Assembly: GCA_009103225.1 (NCBI GenBank)
Contig: RHPI01001737.1
Span: 864,091 to 928,090 of the forward strand
Direction of reading: 5' to 3'
From: Chlorokybus atmophyticus
Taxonomy: Eukaryota; Plantae; Mesostigma and Chlorokybus algae
DNA length: 64,000 nt
Shown: positions 1-13,073 of the stretch, one piece after another
Layout: each line of letters opens with the position of its first letter
Numbering within the stretch: the first letter of the stretch is position 1
Position numbers and translations under genes: made by a program
Notes under the pieces: model-generated
Told to the model about the DNA's origin: nothing
Databases searched by the model: none
Seen by the model: the letters and a program-made list of their open reading frames with translations, nothing else

Positions 1-649
1 AGAGAAACCCGTCATTTACTCATGTGAGTAACTAAGGGTGTGCAGCAGGTGTCTCCAAAATGAACTGCGTGTGGTGTATACAAGTCAATGACCAGCTTGT
101 GTTGACAGATAGCGATCTGGAGTTTGCTGAACACTGAGCTAGCGCTGGTCAACTAAAACATACACATGCACCACAACATACACACAAGACGTGCATACAA
201 GGCTTGCAAAGGGGTTTCACCCGAACCAACAACTTGTTAAATCCGCTGGCCTCTATACCAGCCAGACTACACATGTCTACTTTAGCAAGCACCGTGTGAA
301 CTATACTCACCTGATTGCCAATATGTAAGCTTAGCTGTCTAGCTTACAGCCAAAGCTTTTTAACAAGCTAAGCCACGCCTCGTAAGGCTTGGTATACGCG
401 GAGTTCTCGCCGTTCTCCCAAGGCGTTGGCTGCGGCAGGCTGCGCCAGCCTCATGAGCAAGTCCAGAGTCTCCTGCTTGGTCATACTCGACGTAGTGGAC
501 TCAATATCTGCTACAAACTCATCAGACTAATCAATATCAGCTCATACTAGTAGCAGTATCTCTACGGCACATGCCTTTGTCAATTCACAAGCTGACTGGA
601 GTGAGCGATGTGAAAGACATGCTTATGCTCACAGACCCACGCAGGCAAC

Positions 650-2187
650 TTAGTAGACTCCAAGTCCTCCAGTGCAGTCATAAAACTTCTTCGTCACCAA
701 AGGCTTCGCCATATAATCAGCCAGCATCTCCTCGGTGTTGCAATACTTGAACACCACCTCCTTTCTTGCCACACGCTCGCGCACAAAGTGGTGAACCACG
801 TCAATGTGCTTTGACCGGAGACCGGTTAAAGCAATCAGATGCTTTATAAGGTTGATTGCGCCTTGGTTGTCGCAGTTGATGCTGATACAGCTTGCAGGGT
901 AGCCTAAGTCTACCATTAGCTTCTTCAACCACAATGCCTCCTTTACTGCCGATGAGGCAGCCATGTACTCTGCCTCTGCTGTCAAGGCAGCCACAGTAGG
1001 TTGCAGTTTACTGTTCCAATCAACAACGCCACCATTAATCCGGAACGCATAGCCAATAATTGACCTCCTCGTGTCGACGTCACCAGCGTAGTCAGCGTCA
1101 TAGTAGCCCTCAAACTCCTTGTCTCCAGCACAAGCTCCCTCGCCAAAGTGAATGCCCACGCTTGTGCTCCACATCACGTAACGCAGCAGCTCCTTTGCAG
1201 CTCTTCAATGCTTCATAGTGGGTGCTGACATGTAACATGCAAGCACTCCCACAGCATGTGCAGTGTCTGGCCTAGTGCTCACGGACATGTAAAGCATGCT
1301 CCCAACCAACTCACTGTCGAGGGAAGGGAACTTGCTCCTGTTGAGGTGCTCTGTCTCACTCACTTCCCGCTGCAGCTTGGCTCTCACGGACATGGGTATC
1401 ACCTTGCCTTTGACGTCTCCCGTTCCAAACTTCTCCACAATCCTTCGCGCCATCAATTCTTGGCTGATCTTGGCTGTCTTACTGTCCATGTCCCTCTCAA
1501 TCATCATGCTTGGAAAGCTTTGCCTCTCCCAAGTCCTCATATCAAAGGCAGACTTCAGGGATGTCTTCACCTCCTCAAAGTCCTTCAGCTTTTTCGCAGC
1601 AGCCATCCATGTCGTCGATGTAGACCAACATCCATATCTTCTTCTCCTTGTGCGTGAACACTTCAGGATCAGCTTCTGAAGGTGTGAAGCTAATCTTCTC
1701 CAACTCCTTGATGAGCCGGATGTGCCATACTCTTGGCGCTTGCTTGAGCCCGTATAATGCCTTTACAAGTTCACAAGCAGTGCGTGGTCCTCCCTCCTCA
1801 TAGCCCTTAAGTTGCTGCATGTAGATCTCCTCCTGCAACTCTCCGTAGAGGAATGTTGTCTTCACAACCAAGTGGTGTAGCTCCTAATCCTCGGCTGCCA
1901 CGAGTGCAAACATAGTGGAGAGGGCACAAGCTTACTGGCATGGCAAACACCTTATTGAAGTCGATGCCCTCTTGCTGCAAGAACCCCTTTACCATCAACC
2001 GTGCCTTGTATCTCTTGATGCGGCCTTGCCTATCGCGCTTAATCTTGTACACCCACTTCGCCGGTAAGTGCTTCACTTCAAATGGGACCTCTTCCAGCCT
2101 CCATGTGCCGTTGGCGTGCAACGATGATATCTCCTCGTCCATCACGTGCTGCCACAGCTCTGTACTCGGGGCTGTCATTGCCTCCAT
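650..2187 (-). mobile_element. Ty1/Copia LTR retrotransposon pol remnant (RT + RNase H), frameshifted; integrase/gag not seen
   Basis: Four overlapping minus-strand ORFs carry Copia RT motifs (PAKWVYKIK, RYKARLMVKGFLQQEGIDF, KALYGLKQAPRVW, LVYIDDM, LVGSMLYM..RPD) and RNase H motifs (YYDADYAGD, EAEY, CDNQGAI, KHID, LADYMAK). Confidence 0.95.
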
Positions 2188-2195
2188 CGCAAATA

Positions 2196-3470
2196 GTTAC
2201 CCCTAACGGCCGACTAAGCATATAGGACGGTCGTGGGTTTGAGGATACTCAGTTAGACTGTCGTTGTTTAATCTCCTGGCAATCCTGATACAGGGGCCTA
2301 AGCATAACGGTCGTCACCATTAGTCGGCGACTGTCTGCATTAAGGGACTGACCCTAACTGACAGGTACCTGTAAGGATACCCATTAATCGAGCGAAAGGG
2401 ACTTGATCTAATTGACAAGTGATTAATCGGTACCCAACAGGTAGGTACCGGCGACTGTACACTAACTGATTATGCCTGACAGGTACCTTATTGTACCTGC
2501 TATTATTGTTAAGTATCGTCAAAGGTAGTTGTTAAGAACCGTTCAGTCATGACTAAATACCTCACGTGAACATCGTCAACAATAATAAGAACAATCATGA
2601 ACAAATTACAATATATTGCAAGTTATACTGGTACTACTACTACCACCACCACCACCATCCCAATATATAAGGCCTTATACTATGCCGCCGCTCCCGGAGG
2701 GCCTGCGCTCCACCTCCGCCGCCGCTCCTTGTCAATCGCTAATCCTGCAAGCACAAGGCAATCAAACCAGCGCCATCAACAGCAGTTTACACATTAGTAC
2801 TCACAGTGTAACAACTTACAAACATGCTGCCGCCGCCGCATAGCCTGGCCGCTCTTTGATCAGAAGGGCGGTTAGCTTACATGCGCTGCTGCGCACAACA
2901 CAACACTACAGCACAGAGCATTACTTACTTACTGTTGTCCGTTGCCGTCGCCACCGCCACCGCACAACTCAACTGTTCAACTTGCTTGAAGCCGTTAAGC
3001 GTTTGGACCTTGGCAACCCAAGTGATTCAAACGCGTTGTTAAAATGGCACCATCGTACCATCGGTATGGTACGATAGTGCCATTGTGATAAAGTTTTCGT
3101 ACTTTTAAAATGGTTCATTGCGGCAATGTTACAGTATTGTACCATCGTTATACATTACTCGCCGGCAAAATATAAAAAAAGGGACGGGCGGTCACTTGCT
3201 GGTCATCTGGTAGGTCGCCGCCGCAACAACAGCCGGCGGTCAACCGTCACTTATCAAGATGCAGGCAGGTCACGTAATAGGGGATTAACGGTAACTAGCT
3301 TGCTATGTTAGGCAAGCCGCCGCGCATACGGTAGGACGATCATGCTACAATCGGCGGCCGGCCGTCACTGTAAAGGACCGAAAGGTAACTTTCTGCTATA
3401 TTAACTAAGTCACAATTGAGCAAAATAACCGACCGGCGATTGGCCGTCATCAAAAGATGTGGTAACGTCA
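2196..3470. other. TpA/CpG-rich non-coding block truncating the Copia element; possibly LTR or other TE debris
   Basis: Composition changes abruptly where Copia homology ends (~2195). There is no credible ORF, and GTAC, TTA and CTA words are frequent. Termini and TSD were not identified. Confidence 0.3.
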
Positions 3471-4055
3471 CGTGCTAGTCATCATATGTAGGCTTCCCAT
3501 GGAATTCATTGCAAGCACGTTGCGAGACAATAATGCGACATACATCTTCTCGACGCATGATTTACATAAACATACTCATGTGAGGCGCTTTTATCTTTCA
3601 ATGCCAAGTGTTGCAATGTAATGTAATATGCGCATATTGTGTATTCAAAAAACCTCAGCGCCGCTCATTATTGCTCGACACAATTGCGTGATAAGGCATT
3701 TGCAGCAATATTTATTACTTAAAGAATTGCAGCCTTTTCATCATATTTGCTCGTGTCAATGGTTATTTGTTACATCTTTTGTTGAAGTCATCAACAATGT
3801 GCATTTGCTGTATATATCATATATTGCGATTATGATAATCGCATGCCATTTACACATTTAATTATGACAATTATAGACTGACCATTGAATGTGCATTACG
3901 TACGTTTAGTCGCATTGTTTAAAATGACATTGATCATGTAAACACATCTAGTTTCCTTTATCTTAATGAAGTTTATGTAACATTGAGATAAGGGGTGTTG
4001 ATAACTTGCAAATCGTATTGTGCCCCCCGCAAAGGGCAGGGGACTCTAGCCGCCA

Positions 4056-4343
4056 ATAATTGCAAATGCGGCATTCTCCTGCAGACATGCCGATATGCGC
4101 CCCCCCCCCCCTGTGTGTGTGTGTGTGNNNNNNNNNNNNNNNNNNNNNNNNNNNNNNNNNNNNNNNNNNNNNNNNNNNNNNNNNNNNNNNNNNNNNNNNN
4201 NNNNNNNNNNNNNNNNNNNNNNNNNNNNNNNNNNNNNNNNNNNNNNNNNNNNNNNNNNNNNNNNNNNNNNNNNNNNNNNNNNNNNNNNNNNNGGGGGGGG
4301 CATTAATCGACTGCAGGAGATAGTGGCACATTCGCAGTCTATT
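4056..4343. repeat. Imperfect ~55-bp inverted repeat around poly-C/(TG)n/N-gap/poly-G (foldback or MITE-like)
   Basis: Left arm AATAATTGCAAATGCGGCATTCTCCTGCAG..GCCCCC versus the reverse complement of the right arm AATAGACTGCGAATGTGCCACTATCTCCTGCAG..GCCCCC. Confidence 0.45.
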
Positions 4344-6351
4344 AAGAATACATGAAACAATAAAGCAAGCATGTGTCACGTGTGCCCAACCACGTACATG
4401 CGTCGCAAGTATGCATGGTATGAATTAACAAACATTACGTTTGTTGATTTATATCACATAATGGTTTAATCACCGTCATACTTGCATCATCATTCATAAC
4501 AACCCAATTGTGTAGCAGTTATTGGATCCATTGCAATTATTAGTATTAATATGTATATGATATTTACAATTGACAGCGTCTTGTAGATCTGACGACAATA
4601 TTGTCGACATTGGTATTGTGAGTCACATTAATGACCAGCTGATGCTATATTGTACGCTCGCCCGAATCTCTTGAAACAAGCGATCAACGTATGCACATAT
4701 ATTGTTGTGCGCACAACTGAGCATTGCAGTAACACTTGCGTTGCCGTCACTTTTATGAGAAAGTTGTGGTTGAATTTAACATCGGTGATTCTTGAGAAGC
4801 TCGAGGCAAATGTGGTAAACATATTAACGGCGTACTTTATGGATTGACGCAAGTACACTCACAAATGTATTCAACAACAAAGCTGTAGTTATCGATGTAC
4901 TTATAAAGCTGTCAAGTTATCAGCTTACGCAAGTACACTCATTGGTGTATTTAACAACAATGTTGCGGTTATTCATCATAAATAGATGAGAACATAAAAT
5001 CTCTATTGCCATTCATGCGCTTTACAACAAGTAAATCATTATGTAACTTTTCGTACATGATATTATATTACGATAATAAACTACGATCATGCGTTTATTG
5101 GTCTTTCAGGAAAGGCTGCTTAATTGTGCACCATCACCTCCTCGTTAACTCCGCATGCCACATTTTCATGAAAAATGAACACCAACCAATAATGTCAGCA
5201 TGCATTGTAACATGGACAGCATTAAGATCAAATAAATATTGTTTTTATTTTATTTCTTACACGGCGGCTACAAGTTCGCTTCTTGCTGCAAACTTAATCA
5301 GTTATTGCATTCAGCTTTAACCATGATGCTTGTGTGACACTTTGGCTAGCTGTAGTGTGGAGTATATAACAATTGTACTTGGCAATAGTAAAACACGTGC
5401 TGTTGTTGAACTGAAAGCATAGTATGCATATGAGGTACCATGTGGGCACACGTGAAATGCCCACAGACATGCAAGATGTGCTCGGCATTCAGTGCATGCT
5501 GCATGCTCTTGACTCAATTTCTAACTGCGAGTGTACACCTCAATTGGGGGGGGTCGAGCAATTTCCATTACATCACCAAGACGTCGCTTTTGCCGTCATG
5601 TCATAGTTCGGCTGTTGACCATGTTTGATGACGCAGTAACTATAGCGTGTAATCAATTAGCATTACATGGTTTCGTGGATTAGTTAGAATGAGAGTGAGT
5701 AGTGGCGGCATGTCTTTGGGGTATGGGGCCTGGCCCGACCTCGTACCGCTAAAAACGCGGCCGTTTTAACCACTAACTGTGCCGCAATTGCACCAAATCC
5801 CTAGCGATTTTGGGTCGCCGTTGGTAAGCGGTTGCCGCTGAGATATTTTCTAGCATCTTTTACGCATCTTTGCAATGATTGGCCATTTCGCTGCCTTTTT
5901 CGGCAACGGCTGTTGTCACCGCTGCGATCCCATTTGATCAATCTCATACGTGACCAAATGGTGGCCTAACGATGCGATTTTTCGTTTACTTGAATCTTAA
6001 CGTTAAGGTAATTCAGGTTAGCATTATTTTTATGGTTGTAACCTCGGCATTACTTACTGAGTATCGCAGCACGTACCGTGGCGTGAACATTACGTTGTTT
6101 ATAAACTTTTAAAACACTTAACTGCAGGTTGCTAATCATATCGCACCATGTTGCACCATATCGCCGCATATGTAATCATATCGCAACATTTTGCTACATA
6201 TCAGAGATATTATGCATGTGGATTTGCATCTTTGCACGCCCTGATTGCTAGACTGTGCCGAGATGGTTCTTTTGGATGGCGACAAATGCCAGGGCGGTTG
6301 ATATGTTCCAATTGGTATTGTTTCGTCATCCGCTATGACTTATGAGCAACA

Positions 6352-9300
6352 TTGCGATTTGTCTCAGCATTGTGGGACGACTGCGATGATATGCTTTCCT
6401 GCTGGCAAGATGCACAACGTAAATTTGTCACGCGAATGCACTGTTGTTCTTTGTGCGGGCATGTACGGTTTTACTCTGCTGCTGCTACTTATCGTCCAAT
6501 GTATCGACAATCAGTATGCACTGTTGCACCATATGATTTAACTAATGTCTTTATGTCCGATTATACCAAGTGTGATAGTGATTACTACCAATGCCATCGA
6601 TGTAGTCACGGGTCGGAGCGTTCCAGTTACATTGTGTTACACAGCGCAGTGTACATTTGCAAGTTGTTGGAGACACATCCCATGGTAGTGCAGATGTTGT
6701 CCCTTGGTAACACGTCCAAGGTGCTTTGCGACTTATATAACTCATATAGTTTCACTTGTGGCCAAGTTCAGCAGTTGAATATGATTAACGGTCCATTTAT
6801 CACTTGGAATGAGTTAACACATCAGAACCAACATGCCATCTTGTTGCTGGAGTTGTTGAGCGAGCTATTATCGTCCAACACTCTGGTTCAGAAATCTCAA
6901 ACCTTGGCAGAACAACCATTTGGTTTTGACGGCATCCCCACTATCGGGTCATCTACTATTCATAGCATTGTGTCTCGTGCACAGGATTGTAATCCTTTTA
7001 ACATTGCTGGTGAATCAGCATACACATACATTTTAACCACTTTGTTGCCATTTCCTTCGCGCAGCACAGTTGAAGTCACAGTGGACACCATCTTGCGCGT
7101 TGGACATATGTCGCTGCGTGAGCCTTGTGTTCCTCTTTTTATACACATAGGTACAGGTGGTGCGTACAACATTCCTGGTTTAACTGTTGAGTCTGCTCTG
7201 TTTCCCATGTTGTTTTTGCACAATCGTGGGTTCCTTAATGGTAACATGTACAGCAGACTGTCAGACTATGTCGAGTTCCGTCTTACACAATCGGTCTCGG
7301 TTTTCACATTGTACAAGCCTTATTTGCTGTTGATGTACCAAATCCGTCAATCACTTCTCACCGTCAGAAAGTGCCGCGATGTTGCTGTGGACGCTGATAT
7401 TAAAAAGTTCCTCAAACAACGACCTATTGCCACAATCAACGATGCCATCAAAAACGCTGTCAAATTTCGTGTCCCTGGTGACATCATTGGATCTCCGAAT
7501 TGACATCGACAAAAGTTGAGTGAGCTGCTGTGTCTGGTTGAGCATTGGGGTATGCCTCATCTCTTTGTCACCATGACTGCAGATGAAGTGTCCAGTACCA
7601 AATTCCCTGAGATCATTAATTTGCAGAATGTTCTCCACAAGGGCTCCACGCAACTTGTTTGGCGCGATGCCCCTGTGGAGTGCGCACGTTTGTTTCATCA
7701 TCGGTTCAGCACCTTCTTTGAAGAATATATCATGCAAAAGGATATTCTTGAACGTGTGATGCACTATGTTGTCAGGTATGAAACACAACACCGTGGATCT
7801 TTGCATGCACATGTTATGTTGTGGTTACATCCCGACAATGTTAAACGAGTTTGCAGTGAAATCACTGCGTTTATCCCCGGAGATTTTGACCATGCAAATC
7901 AGCAAATAATTGTACCAACTGATTCTAAATTGCGAGTCCTTTATGAATATGTTGTACGCAAGCAGATGCACAAGTGTTCTGATGTTGGCAGTGGCTGCAG
8001 AGCATTTGACAACAAGTGTGACATGGGCTTTCCGTATCCCGTACAACCAGATCGTCGAGCTTAGTTCAACACAGAAACGCGCAGGTACGATTATTACAGA
8101 CCACGCACTTGTGACCGCAATGTTGTTCCCGCACATCCAGTGCTTGTATTGTTGTAGGGTGCTCATTGTAATGTGTTGCAAGTTACTGACAGTCATTGGA
8201 GCAAGTATTTAGTCAAGGACACAATCAAAATGGAACCTTGTGGCACTGTTGATGATGCATTAGACATCAATGCACTCGGTTTGCAAGGATTGACTGTTAA
8301 CGAATTGCGCATATTGAACACAATGTACTTGTCCAAACCCATTGCTCCAGTTGAAGCTGCTTTTATATGTTTGGATATTCCCATCATGCAAATGTCGTCC
8401 AATGTAACATATGTTGACACGCGTTTGCCCAACAATCATTCTCGCATAGTGAACAGTCGTGCACGGACAGTAATTGTGCATTTCATTTATCGTTATTGTG
8501 TCAGGCCCGACGAGGTAGAAAGAGTAACAATGTACAACTACTCTCAACAGTACATGCACCGAGATGGAGACACTGTGCCACATAACACTGTGCGTACTTT
8601 AAAAGACAGACTGAATGCATCTGGTTATGAGTTAGCTGTCCCGCGCATCATCAGATTCACGGATTACCATCATGTACACAGCATTGAAGGGTTTTGTTTT
8701 AATGTACTTCTTCAGCGGGTTACTTTTCGTTTTGAAGTTGATTTGATTTCTTTGAACAACCAATCACGCACTTACAATGAAGAATGTGTGTTGCGGGGTT
8801 TCATTAACAACACAAACCGCAGTTTGTTGACACATGTCACGCGCTATCGAACGTCATCTATACAATGATGTTAAGATTCACCATATGTTGAACGCCATGA
8901 TGCAGACCACTGATAATGCTATTAATGCCTTGTCTATGGCTGCAGCTGGTCCGACAGATAGCCAAACTGCACCAGAACCTACCACGCAGTATCCAACAGC
9001 AACATCATCCACTCCTGCATCTCCAGCTTCAACTGTGACAACGGACTCAGATGTATCAGCGCCGATGTTTCAAGGTACATTGAATGTTGAGGGGTTTGCG
9101 TTTGCGAACAATTTCTCCTTGACCGGCCAGCAAGAACGCACCGCAACTAGTATCATTGCAACACCGGTTGGTCTACATGTAACATCTGGTTGTCCAGGAG
9201 CAGGCAAAACATTTTCGACCAAATTCATCACTCACAAGTTGCGCGTTGCTGGGATACCTGTTTTACTCAGTGCTACAATTGGCGCTGCGGCTTTGCGGCT

Positions 9301-10381
9301 CAGCTCATCTGCTTCAACAGTACATTCCAACTTCGCAAAACCTGTCAACGGTCAGCAACTCCGGTTTGCAACTGCTATGGATGATGCTTACAAGCTGTTA
9401 CATCATTGTCGAGTATTTATTATTGACGAGTTTTCCATAATGACATCGCGGTTGTTTGACTTGGTGATGTTGCGCTTACAGCAAGTTCATGGACCAGAAT
9501 TTCTACAAACAATCGGCGTTGTATTGGTTGGTGACCACAAGCAACTGCCAGCAGTTTGTGGACACACAGTCCAGGACACATCGCAGGTTTGCCACAAATG
9601 TCATATTTCTGCATCATAGAGGTGGCCATTACGTAGGCAACACTTTCTTTCTATTTCAGTGCGTCATGCTTCAGACCCTCTGTTTGCTCAATTCTTGATT
9701 CAAACTCGTTCGGGCATACCCACTTCAACAGAGATAGCAGATGCGTTAGGTGGCTGTCTGGTCACTTCGGAGTACTTACAATAGTTACCAAGTGATGCAA
9801 CCATATTGTGTTCACATGTACAAGACACACTGGCTTTCAACAGCATGATTGTGAGACAACGTTTTGCAGCCATTACCATTGTGTCAATACAGATTACTTC
9901 TAATGCAGTGAACGTGCCCGAGCTGTACGACCGGATTCACAAGCCCAAGTTCAACTAATACCTTCAGTCGCAAGGGAGCAAAGGTGTTGGTTTTAAAAAC
10001 GTTTCACTGCAAAAGGGTGTAGATAATGGGTCTTTGGGAACAGTGACGCAGTTCAGATATTACAAAGGTAATGTGAGCAGTATACAAGTTACATTTGACC
10101 ACTTGGTAGAATCCATGTGGATGCGCCGAACAATACAGCAAACAACAACGTTTCAAGGCAAAATGTACTACAAAGCTGTGTTTCCTTTGCAGCTAGCGTA
10201 TGCAATGATAGTGCACAAGTGTCAAGGTGCAACGCTGCAATTAGCTACTGTTGTCCACATGCAGGAAGCTTTTGCTCCTGGATTGTGGTATGTGGCGTCG
10301 TCGCGTGTGACAAACATGGCCTATTTACGGTTGACGCGTTTGCCGCGCCCTGAAGAGTTGACGCCCGTTCCTGGGGATTGA
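6352..10381 (+). pseudogene. Helitron Rep/PIF1-helicase (RepHel), inactivated by in-frame stops and frameshifts
   Basis: HUH Rep motifs PHLFVTMT and ETQHRGSLHAHVMLW, with a degenerate motif 3 (SKYLVKDTIK). PIF1 motifs GCPGAGKT, FIIDEFS, LVGDHKQLPAV, GAKVLVLKN..NGSLG, FPLQLAYAMIVHKCQGATL and YVASSRV. ORFs 6352-7503, 7516-8064 and 8173-8868 share one frame; frameshifts lie near 8850 and ~9980. Confidence 0.93.
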
Positions 10382-10450
10382 CGTTGATAACCGGTAAGTC
10401 CGGTTAGTGTTGCGCAATGGTGTGACATATGTTGCATCATTTGGCAATAT

Positions 10451-10680
10451 GATACAATGTTGCGCAACGTTGTTTTATATCGACGCTTATCGCGAGTGTT
10501 TGAGCATGTGTGATCGATGTTGCACAACATTGCAGTACATGGTTCCAAGTTGGACGATATTGCTTTAGGCGACATGGTACGATGTTGCGCAACGTTGATT
10601 GATATCAACGTATATCGCATGATGTTTGAGCGTGTATGGTTCATTGCGTTATATGGTTCCATGTTTGACGATATTGAACC
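10451..10680. repeat. Degenerate ~125-bp direct repeat downstream of the helicase
   Basis: ATGTTGCGCAACGTTG..TATC.ACG..TATCGC...TGTTTGAGC occurs at ~10457 and ~10582; ATGGTTCCA.GTT.GACGATATTG occurs at ~10539 and ~10652. Confidence 0.7.
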
Positions 10681-11119
10681 ATGTCGCGTAACTTGAACTG
10701 CATCTCATGACCACACTGTACGCATTGTACGGTTTGATGACATGGCACATTCAGTCGATTGCCGTATCACTCGTTATCCAACCATGCTTTGTATGCAATC
10801 ATCTCCTCCATCCCATCAACTCTTCTCACCAATCTCATGGCGGCATGGCTTATCACGTGGTGTTCTGCCGATGCATACCCTTTTTCTTGCCACGCAGATA
10901 TACATTGGCAATAAATCCAACGCTGCTGTAAATGTACACCAGTTGAAATGTCAGGTCGCAGGGCACTGTGCATACATGCCTGTCGCATCACCTGCCTCAG
11001 ACACCTGCCCATCGTCGGAAACTGTCACCTCAGCCAGACACAAGTAACAACGTGGCTCAGTTTGCCTCTGTTTAATCTCGAACTCTGTGAGTCATTAACT
11101 GGCGAGCGTTACATTGCCA

Positions 11120-12700
11120 ATGCACCTGGTTGACAGCATGGACTTTAACGGAAAAGACTTGTTCGAGAGGCTCCACGCTCAAATCTTCAATGACGAACCT
11201 GGCTCTAAGCGTCCACGTACCAGTAGCTCTGGAGGTGATGCGCCTGGTCGTCCGCTGACAGCGAAACAACTGGTAGCATGTGACTCAGCAGGAATCACTC
11301 CCAACAAGCTTGAGGGGCTATTCACCAAGCCAGAGGCCGATAAGTTAATTCGCCCTGCCAAAGAGAGAGCTCAAGAGTTTCGCATAAACCACGGGGACTC
11401 CATTGCAACTGGTGAGAAGCGGAAAATGTACACTGACACACTGTAGTGCATGTGTTAAATGATGCAAGTATGTGCAGGAACATGCATCTACTACTGATGA
11501 CCTGAAGCGCCAAGTAGCTTACAAGCTGTGGAACACTCTGATGCGCAAGGACAACCCAGAGCTTCCTGATAATGCAGAGCCAATTTACGCTAATCAGGTA
11601 TGTATCAATGTGACACTGGGTCATTGGCCAAATACCTGTAGTTAACAGATGTTTCACAGGTGTTCGAGCTGGTTCACATTCGCAAAGTTTGCAGCTGGGA
11701 GACAGCGCGTTTCATGTCGCAAGGAAAGGCAGAAAAAATCATTGAGCAAATCCTGAGCAAATCATTGAGCAAATCAACAAAGCAGACCCAAGGGAAGCTC
11801 TAGTAGCAAATGTTGCTGCCAATGAGGTGTGTGGTTATCCAAGTTGATGATGGGATTGGTGTGCTTGCCAAGATTAGTTGCGATGACATGAGAATGCTGT
11901 GGTTGCGTAGCAAAGTTTCAACAACAATGGGCACATCAAGCCAGAATCCATGCAGTCACTCCATCTATTGCTACACTTCTGTTTTTGCATTGGCTCCCTT
12001 GCTTCTTATCCTGTACCCGGTATGTTTCCTTGCTTCTGCTTCGCTACGCATATATGTCACCATATTCAACATCAATCTCGGATGTGTACTGCAGCATTCA
12101 TAGTACCATTATTGTTTGCAGGTAAACGATGAGGTCCAGATGATCCTGCGATCCTTGGCGATCCTCGGAGAAACAGCATCAATGCTAACACCAACATCAG
12201 GGCCTCGGCACGTAACACAAAAAACGTGCGCAACCCATAAACACGAGTGTGAAGTTTATCTACAAGTCGACGCATGTGGCAACACAAAAAGTATATATCG
12301 GTCAAAGTAGCACCCAGGTCGACGTTATAAGGAACATCGTAGACACCCGCCTAAGAAAATGTTGCCTGACTTAGATAGCAGTAAACCTTTTAAAGAGCAA
12401 GTGCAGTTGGAAGTTTTTGATGAAGGACATTGCAAGGCGCGAATAGAATGGTTAGAAGCTATATTTATCGCCCAATACGACTCTCGAGGGTGCAAAGGTT
12501 ACAATATGGATGAAGGCAACCCAGCAAGGTCCAAAGCATTTTGGGCGCGCCGACGTAGTGGTAGCGGTTTTGGTAATAGAAAAAGAAAACAGAGTGAATC
12601 TGGCTATTGTTTGAGTAGGTCACCATGTGTGCTGAACAGTTTGTGCGACACCATGCTTTGGTGTCGATATGATACAGGTGGGTGCATATTGGTGGTGTAA
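11120..12700 (+). pseudogene. Spliced GIY-YIG endonuclease gene with an N-terminal DUF3072-like motif, frameshifted
   Basis: 12245-12600 reads FIYKSTHVATQKVYIGQSS/(fs)GRRYKEHRRH..IEWLEAIFIAQYDS..KGYN, i.e. the GIY/YIG, R, E and N motifs. The 5' ORF has PLTAKQL..AGIT..LFTKPEADKLI. GT-AG introns are present (e.g. 11599-11659), and a GAGCAAATC triplication shifts the frame near 11750. Confidence 0.8.
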
Positions 12701-12735
12701 CTTCATAAATGTACGCTGCTACGTATGCAAGAACT

Positions 12736-12893
12736 CACGACATGTCATGCGACATCGCACCATACCATTCCATATCATAGCATATGGTGTCACAGCGATT
12801 GATATGCCAACGTATGATGTCACACGGCATGATATGGCAGAATGTCGCGCGACGTTAATGGACATTGTGAGTTCCCTGTGCGTCATGTTAACA
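12736..12893 (+). repeat. Left arm of a ~150-bp inverted repeat pair
   Basis: Shares exact blocks CGACATCGCACCATACCATTCCATATCATA (30 nt), CATATGGTGTCACAG and TGGACATTGTGAGTTCCCTGTGC with the reverse complement of 15283-15420. Confidence 0.9.
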
Positions 12894-13073
12894 CAAGGGC
12901 AAAACGGGTTCCATGATACAGGTCTACTCAGGGGGGGGTGGCTGCGAAGGCCCAGCACCAGCAGCACCGGTATTGTGTGTATCAACATCCTCATCATCGT
13001 CACTGCTGCTCAGTTCATATACAGGGAAATTGGGGAGCTCTGCACCACGTGGTGGGCGCTGCATAAAATAAAG

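Noticed and set aside
2200-3480. Idea that CG>GC, TA>AT patches are mirror (reversed, non-complemented) host DNA
   Set aside because: The complement-only reading of 2200-2900 showed no recognisable ORF, splice pattern or match within the window; composition alone is insufficient.
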